From NCBI GenBank assembly GCA_963732365.1, contig CAVSZC010000005.1:1761748-1825747 (forward strand): a stretch of DNA of 64,000 nucleotides. The letters run 5' to 3'. This document shows positions 26,648-35,685 of the stretch, piece by piece. Below the pieces are notes generated by a model, which was not told the origin of the DNA, did not search any database, and was given only the letters and a program-made list of their open reading frames with translations. The DNA comes from an uncultured Bacteroidales bacterium. GTDB lineage: Bacteria; Bacteroidota; Bacteroidia; Bacteroidales; VadinHA17. The number at the start of each line of letters is the position of its first letter. Within the stretch, counting starts at the first letter, position 1. A program made the translations under genes and the position numbers.

Positions 26648-26663
26648 CTAATTTCTTTGCCAG

Positions 26664-26825
26664 ATGAACAGATACAGATGCCTCGTATGCGGATACATTT
26701 ATGATCCGGAGACCGGAGATGAGCAGAATGATGTATTACCGGGGACAGCCTTTGAAGATCTTCCTTCCGGCTGGCTATGTCCTGTATGCGGTGCTCCCCG
26801 CGATGAGTTTGAGGAATACGTTTAG
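26664..26825 (+). CDS. Rubredoxin (53 aa; absent from the ORF track)
   Basis: Hand translation gives [53 protein letters not shown]. It has both CxxCG knuckles and the canonical YDP, FEDLP and W residues. The 3' end overlaps the pepD stop by 4 nt. Confidence 0.9.
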   Translation: MNRYRCLVCGYIYDPETGDEQNDVLPGTAFEDLPSGWLCPVCGAPRDEFEEYV

Positions 26826-28288
26826 GATTTCTCCTCGGGGATGTGTTTCAGTACGTCAACCAGCAGATCCCAGAACATCTGTACAGTCTCAATCTCGATC
26901 CTCTCTTCAGGTGTATGAGCTCCCTTAATTGTGGGTCCGAATGAGATCATATCGATCCCTTTATATTTTTCAAGGATAAGACCGCATTCAAGTCCTGCAT
27001 GTATGGCTTTTACCTGGGGAACCTTGCCGAATAGCTTCCGGTATGATTCTATCATCAGGTGCAGTATCGCAGAGTTCATGTTGGGCTTCCAGCCCGGATA
27101 ACCATCCGAATGAGTTACTGTTGCTCCGGCAAGGTCAAAGCTGGCTTCAGCCTTCATTGCAGCGAAATGTTTTGCCTCTTCCGAAGAGCTCCTCTGGGTT
27201 GTAACCACATGGATCTTATTGTCACTGGTCAGTCGTATTGTTGCCAGGTTGCTGGAGGTCTCCACCAGATCAGGCATGTCTCTTGACCATGCCAGTACGC
27301 CGTGAGGTACAATACTAAGAGCATTGAGCAGTTTATGCTGTGTCGCAGCGTCAATAACCGTTGACGGCAAATCGGCAGGCGTGGCAGCGATCTTCAGGTC
27401 AGGCTCCAGTGGCCCGAATTCCTGCCTGACCATTTTATGATACTCCGATGCAGCTGCGAGAATGGATTCTTCATCAGCCGGGTTGAAGGTGATGGTAACG
27501 AATGCTTCCCTGGGTATTGCATTACGAAGGTTTCCTCCTGTGAAACTGCTGATGCGAATGCCGAATTTTTTCTCAAGACTCTGCAGCAAAGCCGAAATGA
27601 TCTTTATTGAGTTGCCGTAACCCTTGTGTATCTCGTCGCCTGAATGACCTCCGTGGAGTCCGGTAACCGAAATATTCATTGCCCGGTCTCCTGCCATTAC
27701 CTTTTCAGGAGTATAGGGTAAGATCGCCTGTGTATCTATTCCCCCTGCGCAGCCGATGAACAGTATGCCCTCATCCTCAGAGTCAAGGTTCAGCAATATC
27801 TTCCCTGTCAGGAACCCGGGTTTAAGGTTGATAGCTCCTGTCATACCTGATTCCTCGTCGACGGTAAAGAGACACTCCAGTCTGCCGCACTGAATGAAAG
27901 GATCGGTCAGCAGGGCCATCTGGGCAGCAATACCAATGCCGTCATCTGCACCAAGCGTTGTGCCTCTTGCACCAACCCATTTCCCGTCAACAACAGGAAT
28001 TATCGGATCTCTCTCCCAGTCATGAGGATGTGCAGCATTCTTTTCACCAACCATATCAAGGTGGCTCTGAAGCACAACGGTCATCACTTTCTCGCGGCCC
28101 GGGGAGGCAACTCTTACAATAAGTATGTTACCTGATTCATCCTCCTTTGCTGCCAGGTTGTTCCTCCTTGCAAAATCGAGAAGATATTCCCTAATTTTCC
28201 CTTCATTTTTCGATAACCTGGGGATTGTGCAGATCTCTTCAAAATAGCTCCATACCTTCCTTGGTTTAATATCTGACAGTTGACCCAT
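26822..28288 (-). CDS. pepD: Aminoacyl-histidine (Xaa-His) dipeptidase, M20 family
   Basis: [37 protein letters not shown] and GADDGIGIA support PepD. I trimmed the start to MGQLSDI (ATG at 28288). Confidence 0.85.
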   Translation of the reverse strand: MGQLSDIKPRKVWSYFEEICTIPRLSKNEGKIREYLLDFARRNNLAAKEDESGNILIVRVASPGREKVMTVVLQSHLDMVGEKNAAHPHDWERDPIIPVVDGKWVGARGTTLGADDGIGIAAQMALLTDPFIQCGRLECLFTVDEESGMTGAINLKPGFLTGKILLNLDSEDEGILFIGCAGGIDTQAILPYTPEKVMAGDRAMNISVTGLHGGHSGDEIHKGYGNSIKIISALLQSLEKKFGIRISSFTGGNLRNAIPREAFVTITFNPADEESILAAASEYHKMVRQEFGPLEPDLKIAATPADLPSTVIDAATQHKLLNALSIVPHGVLAWSRDMPDLVETSSNLATIRLTSDNKIHVVTTQRSSSEEAKHFAAMKAEASFDLAGATVTHSDGYPGWKPNMNSAILHLMIESYRKLFGKVPQVKAIHAGLECGLILEKYKGIDMISFGPTIKGAHTPEERIEIETVQMFWDLLVDVLKHIPEEKS

Positions 28289-28442
28289 GCTTTTACAGAC
28301 TTTTAGTGCGTGATAAATTGTAAACGGCAAATATAGTTTTTTTCCAATGCAAGCGGGATGAGATTTTATCTGCTGAAAGTCTTTTTTTTAACCCAAATAA
28401 AACTATATTTTTACCGGGTAACAAATAAGTAAACTGTGATAT

Positions 28443-29639
28443 ATGGCTAGACGTACGATAGTTGCGCTTCCCGGTGACGGCATTGGCGCAGTGGTGTTAA
28501 AAGAGTCCCTGCGCGTTCTTGATGCTGCAGGCTTTGATGCAGAATATATTTATGGTGATATCGGATGGGATTTCTGGTGCAGGGAGGGCAATCCGCTTCC
28601 GCAGAGAACCATAGACCTGATAGCAAAGCATAAGATCGCACTGTTTGGCGCAATAACGTCAAAGCCCAAGGATGAGGCAGTGGCCGAGCTCGCGCCGGAG
28701 CTGCAGGGCAAGGGGTTTAATTACAGCAGTCCTATTGTGGGACTGAGGCAGCATTTCGGACTGGACATATGTGTCAGACCTTGTCGCAGCTATAAGGGCA
28801 ATCCTCTTAACTTCATACGTCGCGGTAAAGATGGCACACCTGAAGAGCCCATGGTTGACGTCGTCATCTTCAGGCAGAACACGGAAGGGCTGTATGGAGG
28901 CGTTGAGTGGTCAAACCCTCCGCAGCAGGTTTATGATGCTCTGATGACCCATCCAAAGTTCCGTGAGAATTTCGGATGGTGCCCGAAGGAGGAACTGGCA
29001 ATCTCAACCAGGATCTTTACCTGGAAGTACACGGAAAGGATTGTGAGGGCAGCATTTGAATATGCTTTGAAATACGGTTACAAGTCAGTCACTGTCTGCG
29101 AAAAACCCAATGTCATTCGTGAGACCTCAGGTCTTATGTGGAAGATAGCCAAGGAGATGCAGAAAACTGATTTTCCCGGTGTGCAGCTCTGGAATACGAA
29201 CATTGATGCTCAGATGATGTGGCTGACGAAGAATCCGGAGGATTACGGAGTGATTGTTGCAGGCAACATGTTCGGCGACATAGTCTCCGATGCATTTGCC
29301 GGGTTGATTGGCGGCCTCGGATTTGCATGCAGTGCACAGTTCTCCGAAGACGGGATAGGTGTATTTGAACCCACCCACGGTTCGGCACCCAAGTATGCCG
29401 GATATGATGTTTCCATAGTCAACCCCGTTGCCATGATCGAATCAGCCTGCATGATGCTTGATTATATTGATGAGAAGGCCATTGCCGTGCGTATCCGCAA
29501 GGCTATCGCCGATGTTATCGAGGAGGGCAGGGTGAAGACATACGATATGATGAAGCTTGCCGGCAAACCGGAGGTCATAGCGATGGGTGCCGCCTCCACG
29601 TCGGAAATGACAGATGCAATAATTACCAGACTCAGATAA
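28443..29639 (+). CDS. Isocitrate/isopropylmalate dehydrogenase family protein (probable NAD(P)-isocitrate dehydrogenase)
   Basis: IVALPGDGIGAVVLKE, FRQNTEGLYGG and NMFGDIVSDAFAGLIGGLG are family signatures. Substrate specificity cannot be decided by eye. Confidence 0.7.
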   Translation: MARRTIVALPGDGIGAVVLKESLRVLDAAGFDAEYIYGDIGWDFWCREGNPLPQRTIDLIAKHKIALFGAITSKPKDEAVAELAPELQGKGFNYSSPIVGLRQHFGLDICVRPCRSYKGNPLNFIRRGKDGTPEEPMVDVVIFRQNTEGLYGGVEWSNPPQQVYDALMTHPKFRENFGWCPKEELAISTRIFTWKYTERIVRAAFEYALKYGYKSVTVCEKPNVIRETSGLMWKIAKEMQKTDFPGVQLWNTNIDAQMMWLTKNPEDYGVIVAGNMFGDIVSDAFAGLIGGLGFACSAQFSEDGIGVFEPTHGSAPKYAGYDVSIVNPVAMIESACMMLDYIDEKAIAVRIRKAIADVIEEGRVKTYDMMKLAGKPEVIAMGAASTSEMTDAIITRLR

Positions 29640-29645
29640 TACGCC

Positions 29646-30197
29646 ATGACAGAAGAGATAAAGAGATTATGGCCTGAGCTGGAATGGATAAAAGATCCTG
29701 ATCTCAGGGAAAAGACCGCGAGCACGTGGGAGCTGGCTCTTGAAAGAAGCGTGCTCAAGGCTGATGACCTGAACCGCATACCTTTCACTCTCCTTTGCGG
29801 CCCGGATCTCAAGGTCACATTCATGGATCATAAACGTTGCGTTGTTCATATCGCACGAGATGCAGGGGAGAAGATGAATCACTTCTTCAGGGATGACCTG
29901 CCGGTTAACATGGATGTCCTTATTGCCGGTGCCATACTCGCCGATGTGGGTAAGATGCTGGAGTACGAGCTTGATGCGCAGGGGAAGGCCGTTCAGGGCA
30001 GTTACGGACAGTATCTGAGGCATCCCTTCTCAGGTGTCAGCCTGGCGGAGGAGTGCGGTGTGCCTCCTGAGGTTTGCCATATCATTGCGGCGCATGCCCA
30101 TGAAGGCGACCTGGTGAAACGCACTACTGAAGCATACATAGTGCATCATGCCGATTTCATGACCTTTCTCCCATTCAAGAGCAGGCTGACTTTTTAA
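29646..30197 (+). CDS. HD-superfamily-like protein with a variant metal motif
   Basis: The pattern H..VVHIARDAG...AGAILADVGK...IIAAHAHEGD...VHHADFM resembles an HD/HDIG phosphohydrolase. The canonical HD dyad reads AD. It lies 6 nt after the dehydrogenase gene. Confidence 0.5.
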   Translation: MTEEIKRLWPELEWIKDPDLREKTASTWELALERSVLKADDLNRIPFTLLCGPDLKVTFMDHKRCVVHIARDAGEKMNHFFRDDLPVNMDVLIAGAILADVGKMLEYELDAQGKAVQGSYGQYLRHPFSGVSLAEECGVPPEVCHIIAAHAHEGDLVKRTTEAYIVHHADFMTFLPFKSRLTF

Positions 30198-30210
30198 GAA
30201 ACAGGTTGTT

Positions 30211-32124
30211 TCAGCCGAGTTTCATCTTCTCGACCTCTTCCATGTTACGTTCGTTGTAGACGATCTTGCCCATGGGGGTATACAGCCATTCGATGAAGTC
30301 CTGGTACCGTTCCGTCACCTTTCCTCTTACTATCTTCATAGTTGAGTTCATCATGCCGTTCTCTTCGTTGAAGCTCTCGTTCAGTATCCCGAGTGCGACA
30401 GGGAGCCAGCGATGCGGGAACATATGTCCGAATTTGCCGTTGATGCGATACTCACTCACCTCTCCTTCTATCAGGTTAAGTACGGCACGCTTACCCTCTT
30501 CAGTGGAGGCTGACAGGTTGCGGCTCTCAAGATAAAGCTTGAGGGCATGCTGGTTAGGAACTATCAGGGCCACGGTATATGATCTCTGATTATTGTATAG
30601 CATGCACTGGTCTATATATTTTGACTGCTCACTGAATGCTTCCTCAATCCCTTCCGGACTGAACTTTTCCCCGTCATCGGCGATGAGGAGGCTTTTGAAG
30701 CGTCCCATAACATACAGGAAACCGTCTTCAGAGATGTACCCCATGTCTCCGGTATGGAGCCATCCGTCTTTCAAAGCCTCCCTGGTGGCACTCTCGTTCT
30801 TCCAGTAACCGTGCATGACATTTCCACCCCTGATGACTATCTCCCCCTTCTGTCCGGCGGGTAGTTCGTTACCTTTTTCATCAAGTATCTTCAGTTCGAG
30901 GTTTTTTACAAGATAGCCTGATGATCCAAGCTTATGCCTGGCAACGGAGTTGGAGGAGATGATAGGAGCTGCCTCTGAGAGGCCATAGCCCTGGAACATC
31001 GGCACCCCAATAGCGTAGAAAAAACGCTGAAGCTCGATATCAAGGAGGGCGCCTCCGCCAATGAAAAACTCAAGCTCACCGCCAAATACCTCCCGTATTT
31101 TGGAAAAGAGGATTTTGTCAAAGAGATTCAGCAGTGGTTTCTTGATTTTCTGCAGCCCCTCACCCTTGTTATAGCCCTCTTTGTTATATGAATACGCCAT
31201 CTTCAGTGCAAATTTGAACAGCGCTTCTGTGATCTTGCCTTTTTCCTTAATCCCTTTCTCAATACTCTTTCTGAAGTTCTTCGCCAGGGCCGGAACGCTC
31301 ATAAGGAGATTGGGCCTTATCTCTCTCATGCAAACTGGTATATTGCGGAGGCTCTCCATCGGTGTCTTCCCTAACTTGACCGAGGCTATGCTTGCACCTT
31401 TGCCCATGAAGGCATAGATACCTGCAGTATGAGCAAATGAGTGGTCCCATGGTAGTATCAGAAGGGTCTTGAAGTGCTGCGGGATATCCATCAGGCTGTA
31501 TGACTGGTACACGTTTGTCACATAGTTTCCGTGCGACAGAATGATACCTTTCGGGTCGGCAGTCGTCCCTGAAGTATAGCAGATATTGGCGAAATCGGAT
31601 GGTGATATTGATGAGGTAAATTCCTCAAATGCTTTTCTGTTGGCGGGATTCTCGATCCATTCCCTTCCGGTCTTTCTCACCTCATTGAGATGGATCTCCC
31701 TGTCGGAATACTCTTCCCTGGGGTCCATGAAAATAACTTTCTCCACCTCAGGGCACTGTCCTATGATCTCGAGAACCTTGGGTGCCTGCCCACTCGAAGT
31801 TATTATCATCTTTGACCCGGAATGGGTCAGCCGGAATTTGATCTCTTCCGGGTTCAGCTTCACGGAGAGCGGCACATTGACTGCTCCGGCGTACAGTATT
31901 CCCATTTCACCTACTACCCAGCTGTTTCTGCCCTCAGACAGGAGGCTGATGCGATCGCCTTTTTTCACACCCATCTGCATCAGCCCGGCACCGAATTCAT
32001 GTACCTGGCGCCTTACCTCCTGGTAAGTGGTTCCTTCATACTTTTCCTGAGGCTTTTCCCACAGGTAGATATTGGTTGAAAATTTCTCGACATTCTCTTC
32101 GAAGAACTGTATGAGTGATTTCAT
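30211..32124 (-). CDS. Long-chain acyl-CoA synthetase (AMP-forming)
   Basis: The AMP-binding motif is ICYTSGTTADPKGIILSHGN. GYGLSEAAP and LHTGDMGYISEDGFLYVMGRFK are also present. Confidence 0.85.
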   Translation of the reverse strand: MKSLIQFFEENVEKFSTNIYLWEKPQEKYEGTTYQEVRRQVHEFGAGLMQMGVKKGDRISLLSEGRNSWVVGEMGILYAGAVNVPLSVKLNPEEIKFRLTHSGSKMIITSSGQAPKVLEIIGQCPEVEKVIFMDPREEYSDREIHLNEVRKTGREWIENPANRKAFEEFTSSISPSDFANICYTSGTTADPKGIILSHGNYVTNVYQSYSLMDIPQHFKTLLILPWDHSFAHTAGIYAFMGKGASIASVKLGKTPMESLRNIPVCMREIRPNLLMSVPALAKNFRKSIEKGIKEKGKITEALFKFALKMAYSYNKEGYNKGEGLQKIKKPLLNLFDKILFSKIREVFGGELEFFIGGGALLDIELQRFFYAIGVPMFQGYGLSEAAPIISSNSVARHKLGSSGYLVKNLELKILDEKGNELPAGQKGEIVIRGGNVMHGYWKNESATREALKDGWLHTGDMGYISEDGFLYVMGRFKSLLIADDGEKFSPEGIEEAFSEQSKYIDQCMLYNNQRSYTVALIVPNQHALKLYLESRNLSASTEEGKRAVLNLIEGEVSEYRINGKFGHMFPHRWLPVALGILNESFNEENGMMNSTMKIVRGKVTERYQDFIEWLYTPMGKIVYNERNMEEVEKMKLG

Positions 32125-32266
32125 CTGATGCAGGTTTTTGTCTTTTTAAATGAAATTCTAATATAGGAAAGAATTGAGAAGAACGACATCGATTATCGCA
32201 ATTTCGTTTGATTTTCACGATCCATTTCATACCTTTATCTTTTATAACCATGAAAAACTGGCATTT

Positions 32267-32731
32267 ATGAAGAAATTGTTCACGGTTTTACTGGCAGCAA
32301 TGGTGCTTCTGACACCTTCGTGCGACTTTGCAAAGAGCATCAATCCTTTCGGCAGGAAGGGCAGGGAGGCTGAAGCGCTGAGGCAACAGCAGGAGGCTTT
32401 CAGGGTAGCTGACTCTATCCGGGTTGCCAATGAGCAGGCCGCGCTTGAGCAACAGCGTCAGGCTGAAATGGCCAGACAGGCTGAGCAGGAGGCCCTCGAA
32501 CGCTCCAAATATCATGTCATTGTCGGAAGTTTCCTTACCCCCGAATATGCCGATCACTGGCTCAGGCATATAACCGAAATGGGCTACGATGCAAAAATAG
32601 TCGGGATGAACGGCGGAAGGTGGCGTCTTGTTTCAGCTAATTCCTTTGCGAGTCTCCGTGAAGCCTATAATTCGCTGGAGGATATACAGAACGATATCAA
32701 CGGTGACGCCTGGGTTTACAGGATGGAGTGA
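32267..32731 (+). CDS. SPOR-domain lipoprotein
   Basis: I trimmed the start to MKKLFTVLLAAMVLLTPSCDF (lipobox). A Q/E/A-rich linker follows. The C-terminal SPOR-like domain is YHVIVGSFLTPEYADHWLRHITEMGYDAKIV...WRLVSANSFASLREA. Confidence 0.75.
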   Translation: MKKLFTVLLAAMVLLTPSCDFAKSINPFGRKGREAEALRQQQEAFRVADSIRVANEQAALEQQRQAEMARQAEQEALERSKYHVIVGSFLTPEYADHWLRHITEMGYDAKIVGMNGGRWRLVSANSFASLREAYNSLEDIQNDINGDAWVYRME

Positions 32732-32734
32732 TCA

Positions 32735-33997
32735 TTACCTGTAAATCGTTGCCGACCTGTCAGGTCCGACGGAAACTATTGTGACCAGTACCCCAGTCTC
32801 TTTCTCAATGAATTCTATATAATGCCTGAGAGCGACGGGCATTTCATCCCAGCTTTTACACCCCGTTATGTCGCAGTTCCATCCGGCCATTGTCTTATAG
32901 TTGAGTTTTTCTATGTCGGTAAGACAATACGGAAGCTCAGTGACCTCCTCACCGTTGATAGTATAGGAGGTACACACTTCTATTTCACTGAAGCCTGAGA
33001 GTACATCTGCCTTCATCATGAAGAGGCTAGTAACGCCATTAATCATGATTGCATATTTAAGTGCAGGCAGGTCAAGCCATCCGCACCGGCGCGGACGCCC
33101 GGTAGTAGAGCCGTATTCGTTCCCTCGGTCACGCATGAGCTGGCCGTTTTCATCATTCAGCTCCGTGGGGAATGGTCCGCTACCGACCCTCGTGCAGTAT
33201 GCCTTGAAGATTCCGAAGACCTTACCCGTCCGCGAAGGGGCTATTCCCAGTCCGGTGCATGCACCGGCGGCTACTGTATTTGAGGAGGTTACATAGGGAT
33301 ATGTGCCAAAATCAATGTCAAGCATTGTACCCTGAGCCCCTTCGGCAAGAACGCACCTCCCTTCACGAAGGCTCCTGTCAATATAATAATCGGCATTTAC
33401 CGTTTTGAACTGCTTGAGGAATTCAGCTGCTTCAAACCATTCTGTCTCAAGGTCCTGAAGGTCATAACTCCTGCCGTAACCCTTCAGAACCCTCAGATGC
33501 TCGCTGACATGCTCATTATAAAACTCCCTGAAGTTTTTTCTCAGCAGATCACCCACCCTGATGCCACTGCGTGCTGCCTTATCTGTATAAGCAGGTCCTA
33601 TGCCCCTCAGAGTAGATCCTATCTTGAAGTCGCCAAGCGCATTTTCATGTGCAGCATCAAGTAATTTGTGTGTCGGAAGAATCAGATGCGCCTTCAGGGA
33701 GATGAGCAGCCTCCGGCGTACCGTTTCAATATCGATGCCGAGGCTTTCAATCTCACGGCGAAAGACTACCGGATCAAGCACAACGCCGTTGCCAATAATA
33801 TTGATCTTTCCTTCGTGGAAAATTCCTGAAGGGATAAGGTGAAGGACATGCTTGGTTTTATGAAATTCTATGGTATGTCCTGCGTTCGGTCCGCCCTGGA
33901 ACCGTGCAATAATGTCATATTCAGGAGCTAAGGCATCGACGATTTTCCCTTTCCCCTCATCACCCCACTGAAGACCCAACAGTATGTCAATGTTCAT
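32735..33997 (-). CDS. purA: Adenylosuccinate synthetase
   Basis: LGLQWGDEGKGKIVD, GPNAGHT and GTTGRGIGPAY-like GSTLRGIGPAYTDK identify PurA. Confidence 0.93.
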   Translation of the reverse strand: MNIDILLGLQWGDEGKGKIVDALAPEYDIIARFQGGPNAGHTIEFHKTKHVLHLIPSGIFHEGKINIIGNGVVLDPVVFRREIESLGIDIETVRRRLLISLKAHLILPTHKLLDAAHENALGDFKIGSTLRGIGPAYTDKAARSGIRVGDLLRKNFREFYNEHVSEHLRVLKGYGRSYDLQDLETEWFEAAEFLKQFKTVNADYYIDRSLREGRCVLAEGAQGTMLDIDFGTYPYVTSSNTVAAGACTGLGIAPSRTGKVFGIFKAYCTRVGSGPFPTELNDENGQLMRDRGNEYGSTTGRPRRCGWLDLPALKYAIMINGVTSLFMMKADVLSGFSEIEVCTSYTINGEEVTELPYCLTDIEKLNYKTMAGWNCDITGCKSWDEMPVALRHYIEFIEKETGVLVTIVSVGPDRSATIYR

Positions 33998-34074
33998 TTT
34001 ATTACAGTGTCACGTATTTTGAGAATGCTCAACAAGATAAAGATAATTTCATAACCGTCAGCATGAAATTCTTT

Positions 34075-34103
34075 GCAAAAAAAAGACCCGTTGTGGGGTC
34101 TTT
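34075..34103 (-). terminator. Rho-independent terminator after the 34143..35066 gene
   Basis: The minus strand reads AAAGACCC-CACAAC-GGGTCTTT followed by a T-run (plus strand aaaaaaaagacccgttgtggggtcttt). Confidence 0.6.
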
Positions 34104-34142
34104 CTATATTAGTGACAATCTGGCTGCTCCTATGGTTTAGGG

Positions 34143-35066
34143 TCAGAAATTGATGACAAAATCAAGCCATGGAATGCCAATTACGATCTCCGATGCAATA
34201 TCAGGATTATTAAGGAATGCCAGGTCGATGGATGTTTTTTCTCCAAGGAATCTGATGCCATAGGAATATATTCCGTAATAACCACCATCATCTGAAATAC
34301 CTGGTACAATCCAGTTTTCACTGACAAATCCGATCCTCTTTGATGCTCTTGCCATACCGCTAATTATTATTACAGGCTTGGAGCTGAATTCTCCATCTGC
34401 CCAGCCCCAGCCTACTGCAGCTGTAATATTATTGTTTGTGTTGCCGTATGTAGCAAAACCGTTTATTGTGGCAAGCCCTCCAAAGTCTTCTGCATATTTG
34501 ATTGTATTGGCATACAATACATTTGCTCCAGCATAGAAGTTTTCAGCTACCTTAAAGGATGCTTTCGGATTGATGTAAAATGCATAAGGGCCGTCTCCGC
34601 CTGCCATTAGTGAAATTATTTCAAAACCACCTGCGATACTTATATTATTGGTTATACCATAGCTGAAAGAGCTTATGAAGATCCATGTATTCTGATAGTA
34701 TCCGCTCTTTTTCTCCATGGGGATGGCAGAGTTGCCCAGGAGATATTTAGAAGGATTAGGGTTTGTGAACCATATTCCGGATTCTTTTTCATCAAATGAG
34801 GACACCTGAGTCATCGTTTTAATGTTTGCTTTTGACAAACGAATTTCACCCAGTGTTCCTGATTGAATTACTACCTCATTGTCAGTAATAGATACTAGTT
34901 TACCGGATATGCTTGATCCATCATTCAGTGTGACCATATAGGTCTTTGAAACTTCACCTGTAATTACTTGCTGGGCAATAGCATTACTGGTTATTAATAT
35001 CATTACCATGATGATACTAATAAAAGCCCTGGTGATACTGCTTAAACCAACGTCTGTGCTTTTCAT
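34143..35066 (-). CDS. Hypothetical exported protein, possibly an outer-membrane beta-barrel
   Basis: The signal-like N-terminus is FISIIMVMILITSNAIAQQ. The C-terminal two thirds are Gly/aromatic-rich with alternating pattern, and the last residue is aromatic (INF). By eye it is noticeably more AT-rich than its neighbours. Confidence 0.5.
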   Translation of the reverse strand: MKSTDVGLSSITRAFISIIMVMILITSNAIAQQVITGEVSKTYMVTLNDGSSISGKLVSITDNEVVIQSGTLGEIRLSKANIKTMTQVSSFDEKESGIWFTNPNPSKYLLGNSAIPMEKKSGYYQNTWIFISSFSYGITNNISIAGGFEIISLMAGGDGPYAFYINPKASFKVAENFYAGANVLYANTIKYAEDFGGLATINGFATYGNTNNNITAAVGWGWADGEFSSKPVIIISGMARASKRIGFVSENWIVPGISDDGGYYGIYSYGIRFLGEKTSIDLAFLNNPDIASEIVIGIPWLDFVINF

Positions 35067-35197
35067 GCTTGTGGGTATTAGTAGTACTATTAGGTTAAAG
35101 GCAGGAATATTTTATCATTTTATCATTCTGATATGCAATTTACGGACTTCAATTCTTAAAAGCAATAAATATTTAATAAATCCGGCAAACTGTTCTA

Positions 35198-35647
35198 TTA
35201 GTCCTCTTTTTTATACTTCACTGTTCCATAGATATATAGAGAGTAGTAATTTGGAGTGAAGTTGTTTGAATCACTTGCGGCTTTGACAATCTCATTTATC
35301 CGTGGATCATTGAACTCAATGACTCTGCCCGTTTCAATGTCAATGAGATGGTCATGCTGCCCCGTCTGGTATGATTTTTCATATTGCGCCTGGCTGTGCC
35401 CGAACTTATGTTTGATAACCAGCTTGCAATCCATCAGCAGATCAATGGTATTGTAGAGTGTTGCCCTTGAAACCCTGTATTTCTTGTTCTTCATGAAATT
35501 GAACAACGCCTCAATGTCAAAATGACCTTCGTGTGAATATATCTCATCAAGGATCGCAAACCTCTCAGGTGTTTTCCTCAGCGAGTTCTTTACAAGATAT
35601 TCTGTAAAGATCTGCTTTACAACTGTTCTGGAATCTTCATTCGCCAT
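35198..35647 (-). CDS. fur: Fur family transcriptional regulator
   Basis: The winged-helix region is LRKTPERFAILDEIYSHEGHFDIEAL...RVSRATLYNTIDLL, and HDHLIDIETGRVIEF is present. The length is typical of the Fur family. Confidence 0.8.
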   Translation of the reverse strand: MANEDSRTVVKQIFTEYLVKNSLRKTPERFAILDEIYSHEGHFDIEALFNFMKNKKYRVSRATLYNTIDLLMDCKLVIKHKFGHSQAQYEKSYQTGQHDHLIDIETGRVIEFNDPRINEIVKAASDSNNFTPNYYSLYIYGTVKYKKED

Positions 35648-35685
35648 TGTCCCTGCTCAATAGGTTAAAGTAGCAGCAATTGTTG

